Source: the human T2T-CHM13v2.0 reference genome, Homo sapiens. From it: a DNA stretch of 64,000 nucleotides. The stretch lies in the NCBI RefSeq assembly GCF_009914755.1, contig NC_060934.1. One strand, written 5' to 3'. The translations under genes were made by a program, and so were the position numbers. The notes under the pieces are model-generated. The model was given only the letters and a program-made list of their open reading frames with translations. It was not told where the DNA came from and searched no databases. This document shows positions 27,823-39,670 of the stretch, piece by piece. How positions within the stretch are numbered: the first letter of the stretch is position 1; every line of letters starts with the position of its first letter.

Positions 27823-30393
27823 CTATACTTAGCTACCTCTGGGTTAGAGAATTTAAGGGAACTGATCAAATTCAAAATCATGGCTATGAGAAATAGGAGA
27901 CAATTTGTCCAGGCATATACAGGAGTAATTATAAGAACAAAGCAAAACAAAACGCAGCATTAAGAACCCAGTTGACCGGGATAGCATGTTTTTAGTAGTA
28001 CTGATTTGCAGACAAGCACACTGGTAGAGGAGCACGACAAACAGATGAACGGCCAAAAGGCTAAAGAACTGCAGATAAAATATGATAACCAGAACAGGGA
28101 GAAAGTTAATGATGATTGCATTGGGTCTGAGGAAGACAAGGAAGGAAATGGATCCAGAGAAAGGTTGATTAAACTAAATTGAAAGGAAGGAGCAGAGAAT
28201 CCCCAAATGGGGATATAAGCCAGAATACAGTTATTTTAAAATCAATTTATGCTTATAAGTTCAGGTTCTTATTACAGAAAGTCTTTCCTTTTCTAGTAGA
28301 AATGAGTGTTCTACTTAAAATTTCATACTTCACTGGTAAAAAGGATTAAAGAATCAATGGTTACGGAAATATTGTAAAGGAAATGGTGATCTATGAATTT
28401 ATAATCATGAAGTTCTAATTAACTTCCTCATCAGTACTTGTAATAAGCATCACCCTCCTAACATTTTTGGGAAGTGAAATATCATTGTAAGTTGTTCAAA
28501 TCAGGAACAACAGTTCTTGACAAAATTTGCTTTTTAAAAGCATAAATGAATACATGTAATTACTTCTCTTCCTTGGATTTTTCTTCAGTTTTCTTAATTT
28601 AATAAATTAAAATGGTGATATTGAAATGATCTGGTATCAAAGCCTCGTCTTTTATAATTCAGTAATATAGTTAGTGAACAGACCTCGGCCTTGGTGACTT
28701 GTGTGAAACTCCCTGTTCACAGATTCTTCTTAATATGCATATAATAGTCATCCAAAAAGCTAGAAAAGGAGAATACCCATCAGCAGCTTAAATTCCCTTG
28801 TTTAACGTCATAGAAATAAAAACATACGTCCTTCTCCTTAGGAGGCTGTCAGGTCTGATCTAGTTCCCATAGCTGCAATATTCTTATTTTCAAATGTGCC
28901 CTCTTTTGCTGAGTTTGCTGTCTTTGAAAAGAGATGGGATGGGGAAATCTCACCACCCAGCCCTTCAGGGCCTCTTCTCAGAGCTGCTGATACTGGCCAT
29001 GGTGAGGCTGGAGTTGACAGCTAACACACTTTTCTTCTGGCCTTCTCATTTATCATTCATATGCCATTACCATTCATTTGTAACTGGCAGAGAAGGCATT
29101 TAGGACTAATTTCTTGTCCACCCATAGTGCTGCTGCTTTCAACTAGAGTTTTTGTCACTTGATCATGTTCCATTTAACACTTTATTAATAAATTTTGATA
29201 TATTGCTCCATAATTGTTTCTTGTGGATAAGTCTGTACTCCCTGGTGTGATTTTAATTAATAATCCAAGAAGGCAGGGATTATGCCTTAACACATCCTTT
29301 GTAAGGATCCCTTCAAGAAGAAACCCAAGAAAGAATACATAGGATCAGTTCTTAGAATGTATGCTGCAAATTATTCAGTTTTTCAATAAATATTTGTTTG
29401 AACACTTGCTTTTTGCCATCCACTCTGCTGGGGATATGCATAGCCAAGCAGTGGATCCACTGGGCTTACACTCTAGTGGGAGATCCAGATGAGTAAATCA
29501 GATAATCTAAGAGTGTGATATTTGATTTGAGAGGATAAATGTGAGTTGTTAATGTATGAATATGGTCTGTGTGTATACAGGAGGCTCTTTGGCAGCTTTG
29601 AGGTGCCTGAGAAGGTGACCTTTGAAATCAGCTAATACGTGAAAGGATATATAAGGGTTGGTCAGACTTAGCAGAGGTGGGGAAGGGTGAGGGGATAAAG
29701 ACAGGGTGGTCATTTGGAAGAAGACCTATCTATCTAGCTAGAGAGTAAAGAGGTACATTATGGCTGGAGCACAGAGTTCAAGTGGGGGTGGGGAGGCTGT
29801 AGAAGTGACAGGGATTTGAAATGGCCTTATTAAGTGTTTGGGCATTATTCTAGAAATGAGGTTTTTTAAAGCCAGAGAGCAGCATGACCCTCATTTATAT
29901 AGTTAGAAAGAGTCTTCTGGCTGTGCTGTGGAAGATGCTTTGGCAGAAAAGAGCTGTAGGAAGACTACTTAAGAGTTCATTGAGTGATAGAGAGTAGAGA
30001 TGATAGTGGATCTGAACAGGGTGGCTAAACAGAGGGATTTAAGAGACATTTAGCAAGGGAAGTCCTTGAAAATTATTGGATTGTGGGAGAGGGGTGCAGT
30101 AAGAGAAAGACATGGTCAAGGGTGATTGGAAGTTCTCTTCAATTCTCTGTTCCCCCTACCATTCATACATCATTGATTTTAGGCAAACATAGATTTAGAG
30201 TTATAATATTCATGGTCATAAAATAAATATATGTGGGCCTTATAGGATATTTATGTTCAATTGTAATATTTTCTGTAATCTCTATAGGAAGACCTTTATA
30301 TTACAGAGAGTAGTTTATATGTTAAAGACACTCTATGTTAAAATATTAAACAGCATTCTTAGGTACATAATTTATAATAATGAAAATTTCACC

Positions 30394-30685
<292 letters not shown>

Positions 30686-31024
30686 GAAAAATTCACCTTA
30701 TTTAATATTTCAGGGAGATGTAAATATATAACCACATTTTTCAATCACTTTATGCCATTAAAAGTCAGTTAATTAATGATGTATTTATTAGGCAGGAAAG
30801 GAATGTGAACTTTTAGTATAGAACTACCTACCCACCCATTGCCCAGCCATAAATGAAATAAAAATCTAGATATAAAATATAAAGTAATGAAAACATTTGT
30901 TAGGTATACAGATAGCTCCAAGTAGTTCCAGGAGTTATTAAGAGCCATTTGTGGTTCTCTGGAAGAGTCTGGGCCAATACTCAAATGCAGCAGTTATCAC
31001 TTTGGGATTATGCTTCTTTGATAG

Positions 31025-31441
<417 letters not shown>

Positions 31442-31888
31442 TAATCTGTTTCTTACCAGACCTCCCTTAAGTTCTGGGACTTGAGAAGTACTCTCAAGAG
31501 GTATTAAAGAAAACTGAAGCTGACACCTTTGTTTTTGTCTTGGCTCTACCAGAATCAGCTCTGTAATTATGAATTCACCACGTCTCAGGATCTTAGTTTC
31601 TACATCTATAAAATGAGAAAGCTGAAGTACATTATTGATAAGGGGACTCCCAGCTATGATTCCTTTATCCTGCCTTTTTTTTTCCCCTGGTCCTATATCC
31701 AGTTGCTTCCAGGCCTTTGTTTACTTGAGGGTCCCACTGGTACTTGAGATTTGTTATCAGAGCTACCCCCTCATGTTGTAGCTTCCGTCATTTGTCCTCT
31801 GCCCCCACTGGCAGTACCAAGGGACTAGACTAGGATAAGTAACTGGTAAGGAGCCCCAGGGGAGAAGGAGAGGCAGCACAGCAGCTGA

Positions 31889-32281
<393 letters not shown>

Positions 32282-34112
32282 TATTATTATTTTTTTAACC
32301 AGACAAATGTTTGAGTTTTTAAACTTGTTTTTATTTTGTGTATGTGTGCATTTTTTTAAATTGGGGTGGGAGAGATGGAATGGTTGCTGAAGAAGGCAGA
32401 GGCGAAACCACAGAACACTTAACTGCAAACTATTGCTGCCTCTCCAGACACAAAGCACAGATTGCCTTATAAAAGTTGTAGTTCTCCCTCATCCCAAGTC
32501 CATTCTGGCAACCCCACCTCCACATTCATCCTCAGGTACTGCTGTATCACATGTTTGTGACCCCTTCCTTCATTGCTAACATATGTCATCCTAAAACCCG
32601 CCTTCAAGCTCGTTTCCTTCAGGAATACTGATTAACCGCACTTGTGATAGGTCACCAATCACATTTAAGCCCCCTGGACTCCACTGTTATTCTTTTAAAA
32701 CATATTTAAAATAGTTTCAGACACAAAATAGGAACATACCAAGTCTTTTTTATATATTGTGGTATATATACAGTAATATCCTCCAATGCATATTTTAAAC
32801 ACACTAGAAGTAGTGTGATTTTTCACATACTGTTCTGTTTAGTCTCTGAAATGAAAGATATGAAGCATAAAGAGTAATCCTACTGCCATGAAGTCATTTG
32901 ACCTCACTTGTTTTCTCTTACTCATTGTGATTGCTGCGACTTATGAAGTTGATCCCAGCTTGGACATTGGCATGTATGATTTTGGAAAATGGTTCTTTAA
33001 AGGACTATACGAATGTGGTCATTTAAAGCTGTTTCAGAAAATGTATTGCTCCTGCTGTGATATTAGAAATGGCAATTTTTAAACATGTCAAAGTTTGATT
33101 ATAAAATGGATAGTTTAAAAAGCTGCCTTGGTCTACTGCTTGATGCATTTTAAATTTGAAATGGATCTTTGAACACTTGTATGGCTGCTGGACTAGCGGT
33201 TGTTAAGTTTGTTGGTTTGCCACTTAGAGTCATCTATCACTTTAGTAAGAAGTTAACGCCTATCAGTTGGAGAAAAAGCAAATATTTTGCATTGACAGTC
33301 TCCCCTACCCTCTATTATTGTCATTTTCTTAAGCCATCACTGCTCTGGCTTCTAGAATACACATTTTTGAATGAAGGTTTTTGCAGTGAATGGTCTCTTG
33401 TAGATCTCAAAGTCCACTAGAAAGAGTACTGGGTTTTTGTTTGTTTTGAACGTTGCAAACAGTAATGCTTCTTTACCACTCACCCTCCCCCCACCCTCAA
33501 CCTCCACAACGTTCCCGTTTGCTTATAGTTGTCAACGACCATGATCTCTGGACCCACACTACAGTAACAAGTTTGTCAGTCATTTTCAGATAAGGTGCAA
33601 ATCAAGGGATGGCTTTGTCCCCACTTCGGCGCAGGTGGGACAGACTTGGGGAAGACGCAGCTGAAGAGACAAATTCTCAGGGTGCGTCAGTCTCATCACT
33701 GACCGTTGCTTTTAAACCCTCCAGGGAAAATATGCCAGTCATTGTTATGATGTAAACAACCGAAGGGGTGGACGGTGAGGATAAGAAGAACCGAGATAAT
33801 ATTTGGCCAGAGCTACGTGTAGCACAGGGAGCCAGGGCGGCAGCTGCACCTGCGAGCAGCGCAGGCGGCAGGCGCGGCCTCCGGGCGTGGTGGTGGGCGT
33901 GGCCGGGCGGCGGGGGCGTGGCCGGGCGGCGGGGCGGGCGGTGCCGCCGGTTGGAAGTGGGTGGAGTTGCCCTTGGAGGCGGCACCGGACCTGGGCCCCG
34001 AGGCCCGCCGCGCCCTGTCGGGCCTGAGCCGAGTGGCCCCACAGAGCCGGCGCGCTCCCGCCTGCAGGGGGAGAGCAGACGGGGCGCGGGGACCGGCCAG
34101 GCCGCGGCGGGT

Positions 34113-34190
34113 GCTGTTTCTGTTTCACTTTCCTTCACTCTGAGGCCGGCGCGCTGGCGGGCGAGGAGCGGCGGCGGTGGCGGCCGCTGG
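34113..34190 (+). other. PCGF5: Probable non-coding first exon of PCGF5 (5' boundary uncertain)
   Basis: Strong donor TGG|GTAGGT at 34190/34191 within the CpG island, downstream of the GC boxes. The transcription start cannot be fixed from sequence. Confidence 0.65.
34116..34133 (-). promoter_or_regulatory. ISRE/IRF-binding element (GGAAAGTGAAACAGAAAC on minus strand)
   Basis: Three GAAA cores at 6-bp spacing, matching the GAAANNGAAA ISRE/IRF consensus, inside the CpG island. Confidence 0.75.
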
Positions 34191-36042
34191 GTAGGTACCG
34201 GGCGGGCTGGGGAGCTGCAGGGACGCCAGACTCCTCACCCAAGTTTGCGCCTCAGGCGAGAGCGACACCTCCAGACACCTGCCCTGGCCGGCCCAGCCTG
34301 GAGCCGGGAGGGCCCTTCGGGTGCAGGGGGCTACCGACCCGGGCGGGGGCTTCGGAGCTGTGCCTACCTCGGCGGGGAGAGCGGCCGGCTGCGGACGCCG
34401 GCCCCGGGAAAGGCTGCTCGCTCTCCCCGGCCTGAGCAGCGCGCCCGCGGGGCCTGGGCCCGCGCACCTGCCGGGCGGGCGCGGCTGTGCTGGGACCCCA
34501 CAGGGCTGTACCGCTGGGTCCTGCCGGAGAACGCAGAAAAGTTCCCCCTTGCCCCCGCCCCGTCATTGCAAGTTCTTGCTTCCCTTAACTGTCTTGGTCA
34601 CAGGGCTCTGTGCCTTAGGATCTTAGTACCACCCCAGGTCGGGACCGTGCATTTCCTCTTCCAGAGGACTTTCTCTTACTTTGGAGTTTCATGGCAAACC
34701 TGTGGGAAAGGCAAGGCAGTTAATCCCAACTTATAGAGGAGGAAGCCGAGACCCAGGCACAGATATGAAACGCTTTGCTGAAGGTCATACAGGGCTAAGG
34801 GCCAGAACCCTGATTCCCTGTCTTTTAATTATGCTTGCTTTCTGTTACACGCACGAATACGGTTTCCCAAGAGGATAGGATGATTACACGTAGAGCCTAT
34901 TCCCTGCACATTCGCAGTGGGTATGTGTTGATGGAATGCCTTTTACCTTTCCGGTTGCTTTATATTTACCAATGAGTTAACAGCTAAGATGGGGGAAAGT
35001 TCCTGTTTATAGAATGCACTTAGGAAAATCAACACCTTTCATGTTGTGTTTTCTGAGAGGATACATATTTTACAGTTAAAAAAAAAAAAAAACCTGAGAC
35101 AGGAAAGTAGCATTATCCAGGTTATATATCTACTAAATATGACCAGTTTCTATTGAAGAGTTTTTGGTCTAACAAAGAAGGTAAAGAATGAACGTAACTA
35201 TAAATCAAAATAAAAGGCAAATGTAATAGGAAAGAAGTAAGCATTAAAAACTAGGGAAAGATTGCACTGAGAATAGCATTGGAGAAGGGCTTGAAGGATA
35301 GGTGGCATGCAGACAGAGGAGAGAAAGGGCGTGTTGGATAGAGTGCTTAGAACCTGCAGAGGAGACGGTGGGAGAGGAGTGATCCCTTCAGGTTGAAGAA
35401 AGTTGTTGAAGGGTATATTAAGGTTAACCTGTAGAAGGTCTTATGTGACAGAATGGGAAACATTTTTCTGTTTGTAAAGAGAAGACACTGACATTCGTTG
35501 ATAAGAAGACCCAACCAAGTGTCACAAAATAAAATGTGCCTCGTAGCAGAATATAAGATGGACTGCAGGTGGAGAGGTGATATACAAGTAGAGCAGCCGG
35601 GCATGGAATAGCAGAGGATATCAACTTGGTTTGACTCGTAACTGGATGAAGGGTTAAAAATGGAAATGGGGAACATTTTGATAGGGAGGATAATTACTTA
35701 AGTTTTTAATCTTTTAACTTGTATTGGCAGGGACTCCTAATAGAGCAGTCAAGCAGATAGTTAAAATGCATTAGTGAAGAGGTAAAGATATCAAACTGTA
35801 GTTAATAGCTTTGGGTGTCATTAGTATAGAGGTGGTAGTTGAGGTTCCAGGACTGGATGAATTTGTCATTATTCTGAATTATAGCAGATTTGCAAGTTAA
35901 TGATACAATGAAGGATATGTTCTATTCACCTATTCACCCAATTGGGAACATGTAACACTTGCTGTTAATAGAATGACATTAATACATTATGAGGAATTTG
36001 ACGCTTTTTTCTCTCATCTTTTTGAAATGATTTTGGAAACAG

Positions 36043-36435
<393 letters not shown>

Positions 36436-36696
36436 TAAGAAATGAGTATTCTAATAATTATTTTAACTTTGAATTTTCAGAATATTTGTCATTGGGTTGC
36501 CAGTGGCATGAAATTTTGCTTTTATTTGAATCTCAGTAGTTGACTCTTATCACATTGTAAAATATTCTAAAAATCATAAGCATATTATCAGTTATGGTTT
36601 TTTTAAGTGAACTATTTCAGGTTTTTTTATTTTAAAAATTTATACTCAAGGAATTAATCTCAGAGATTCTTTTAGGATATGCAGACTCTTAATTCG

Positions 36697-36892
36697 CTGG
36701 TTCTCAAAGTGTGATTCCTAGACTAGCAGCACCAGTGTCATTGCAAGTTCTAGGAACTTGTTAGAAATGCAGATTATCAGGCCCTACCCTAGATTTAATG
36801 AGCCGGAGACTCTGAGAGTGGGCCCAGCAATCTGTTTTAACAAGCCCTCCAGGTGATTCTGAAGCATGCTTAAGTTTGAGAATCACTGTTCT
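36697..36892. mobile_element. MER5A DNA transposon
   Basis: tggttctcaaagtgtg..agcagc..ggaacttgttagaaatgcagatt..aagccctccaggtgattctga..agtttgagaatcactg. Further copies at ~42120-42313 and ~55215-55382. Confidence 0.85.
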
Positions 36893-38542
36893 AGTAGTAG
36901 TATACCTGTGGAGCTCCTAGCAGATTTCATTCTCAACTGTCCCATTGGAAGAGGAAGAGGCATTTTTTACTGCCACTTATGCCAAGATTACACATACTCT
37001 TTGTGTTTCTGCCAGCATGATTTCATTTTTTATTTCAGTGAAAGTAATTCCAGTAAGTTATAGTTTAATGCCTAGTATGTGCACCAAAATGAGATATATG
37101 TGATTTCATCTTAGCTTTACAATGACCTGGGAGCATTTTGGAGTAGATGTAGGGGGAGAGAGAAGGTATAGAGATTTATCTTCATTTTATGGATGTGGAA
37201 ACTAATGGATAAGTAACTTGTCTAGTCTCATAGCTAATGAGTGGTGGACCTATATTCAACTCCAAAACCCATGCTCTTTAATATACCATGGTACTTTTTT
37301 TTTAATTTTTATTTTTGTTAGTAAGCCTCGTTTTTCAGCTATTCTTGCTCTGCTGAACTGACTTAATGTTATACCAGTAGTTTTAAATGAATGCTAGATG
37401 GAATAATCTGGAAATGGTTGAAATGGCAAATTTTATGTTACATTTATGTTACATTTATTTTACCACAATAAAAAATAGAATCATCTGGGAAGCTATTTAA
37501 GCATACGCATGCTCAGGACCCTGCCTGGGGAGATAAAGTGGGTCTTGTGGTAAGGCCTGGGCATGCATATTTTGGAAGAGCTCCCCAAGTGATGCTGATG
37601 TATACTCCTTTGGGGTATTACTGGCACATCTTATTCAATTAGCAATTAACTATGTACTATCTTGTATTACTAGTTTGCTGTTGCCCTGTATTGTTATTTA
37701 ACTTGAACAGTTAATTAACTATCATCGAACAGACATTTATTGAGTACTTTGTGTGTCAGGCACTGTGCTGGGGCATGAGATAATAAAGAAGGGCACAAGA
37801 TAATAAAGAAGTCTCTGCTCAAGAAGTATAATTCTAGTAGGAAAACTAATTTTAAAAATGCCATATTAGTGATAAGTAGTATGAAAAAGAACAAAGCACA
37901 ATTGTAGATAGGAGACATGGAGGTAATTTATAGTGGGTCAGCCTCTTTGATATGATGACATTTGAACAGAAACCTGAAGGGACTGAAGGACTCTGTGGAT
38001 ATATGGGAAAGCAGTCTGTATAAAGGGAAAATTAAGTACAGAGGCCTTGAGATGGAAATACACTTGGCCAGTTTAAGGAATAGCAAATCAGTTAGAAGCC
38101 TATTACTGTAGGAAAGCTAAAAGATTATAGGGCCTCCAACCAAGGCTATAAGATATGAAATGGAGGTGGAGAAGGGTGGTTGTATTGTGGACATACTTTG
38201 AAGGAAGAACCAATTGGCTACCCTAGAGTTATATTCTACTTCCGTTTCCCGTTTCACCAAGCATGGAACCTGGACCCAGTCCACAGTGTGTTTTGTTTTG
38301 CTTCTTTGAACATTTGTTCATTGTTTTTAATTTTTGGATTCATCCAGCAAAAACTGTCAACTCTGGATGATGAGAAGAAGGCACAAACTCTCGCATTTCT
38401 ATCTATATGCTACAAATTTTATATATGTCCTTTGGAAGAAAATTTTCTTTGGGTCATAGTGAAATCCCAATTTAAATGTAACTTTTAAAAAAAGGAAAAC
38501 AAAAGATTATAGAAGTATAAACAATTAGCTTATAAGCAAAGG

Positions 38543-38678
38543 GATATATATATTTTTATATATATCATATATTTGATATATATCATATATGTATATATGA
38601 TATATATCGTATATATGTATATACGATATATATCATATATAACATATATATAACATATATATATAACATATATGTATG
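38543..38678. repeat. AT-rich, internally palindromic (TA)n-derived low-complexity tract
   Basis: Repeated gatatatatc palindromes and tataaca units. Confidence 0.9.
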
Positions 38679-38978
38679 TTCTCAACAGCAATTTAAAGCC
38701 TAAAGGGGTAAATTAAATGACAGTTTAACTGCACATGTCATCCTAGCCTGAAAGATCCCTTGGTGGCCATCAAGCCCTTTTACTGAGAGAGAATGAACAT
38801 TGTAGAAATGTGATTTAAATACAATGGTAAGTCCCAAATGTGGCCTTTATCGTCAACAGAGAACACAGAAAGTAGAGTAAATGATGGAGTCAGGTACTCC
38901 ATCGCATCTCTGAGGAGATCTGAGGATTCCGGTAGCACTAATCTTTATGTGCTCTCAGGTCCTTTGATTTCTGTATTG

Positions 38979-39151
38979 TTTGTTTGTATTTATATTGAAG
39001 CTTATAGGTGAAAACTATCCCACTTGCAAGGTATTCCCTTGTTAGAAATATTTATATACAAATAAATACAAATATATATTTATACAAATAAAAGAATACT
39101 TTGCAAGTGGGATAGTTTTTGCCTCTAAGCCTCAATATAAATACAAACAAA
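38979..39151. repeat. Inverted repeat, 58-bp arms (53/58 Watson-Crick) with 57-nt spacer
   Basis: Arms 38979-39036 and 39094-39151 checked base by base. Confidence 0.95.
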
Positions 39152-39643
39152 TATTGATAACATAAATTGTACTGCAAAGCAGTATTCCTCAGCCTTTGGT
39201 TGGGTCTTTGATATGTGGTGATATCCTGGGTTTCAACTCTTCTACAAGGTTTTCTTATATATAATGTAGGATAGATACAGTTGTTCTGTGATTTGGGATG
39301 GTTATAAAATTAAATAACCAAATGGAAAGGCAGAAAGTGAGAAATGTTAAGTGACATTGTAGTACCATATAATATTTTAGATCTTGACTTAGGCATATAC
39401 AAAGAGTATCTTACTTATTTTATACAAAGTCTACAATGTTATGATGCTACAAAGAATGAGTTAAGAATGAGTAAACGCTAGGTTTTATGGAGACTCATAA
39501 GAAAATATAAAGATTTTCGTCTTACTATTCAAGTTTGAAATGCATAAATGAAGCTTTATAATTGGTGTGCAAAACCAGACATAGAACCTGCCCTTCTGGA
39601 CTCTCTGGTCAAGTGAAGAAAGAGTAATCAAGTTAAGAAATGT

Positions 39644-39670
39644 AAAAAAAAAAAAAAAAAAAAAAAAAAA
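39644..39670 (+). repeat. Poly(A)27 tract
   Basis: Uninterrupted A run with no Alu/L1 body recognisable immediately upstream. Confidence 0.95.

Larger units (their letters stand above)
33800..34570 (+). promoter_or_regulatory. PCGF5: CpG island promoter of PCGF5 with clustered GC/KLF-SP boxes
   Basis: Abrupt GC- and CpG-rich block in an AT-rich background. GGGCGTGG x3 and GGGGCGGG at 33883-33940. Lies about 2 kb upstream of the first coding exon. No TATA box seen. Confidence 0.92.

Noticed and set aside
33768-34736. 322-aa ORF (and overlapping 60-153 aa ORFs on both strands) across the CpG island
   Set aside because: GTG start and Gly/Arg/Ala/Pro-rich low-complexity translation with no domain. 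Long ORFs are expected in GC-rich DNA depleted of stop codons, and this one crosses the exon 1 donor.
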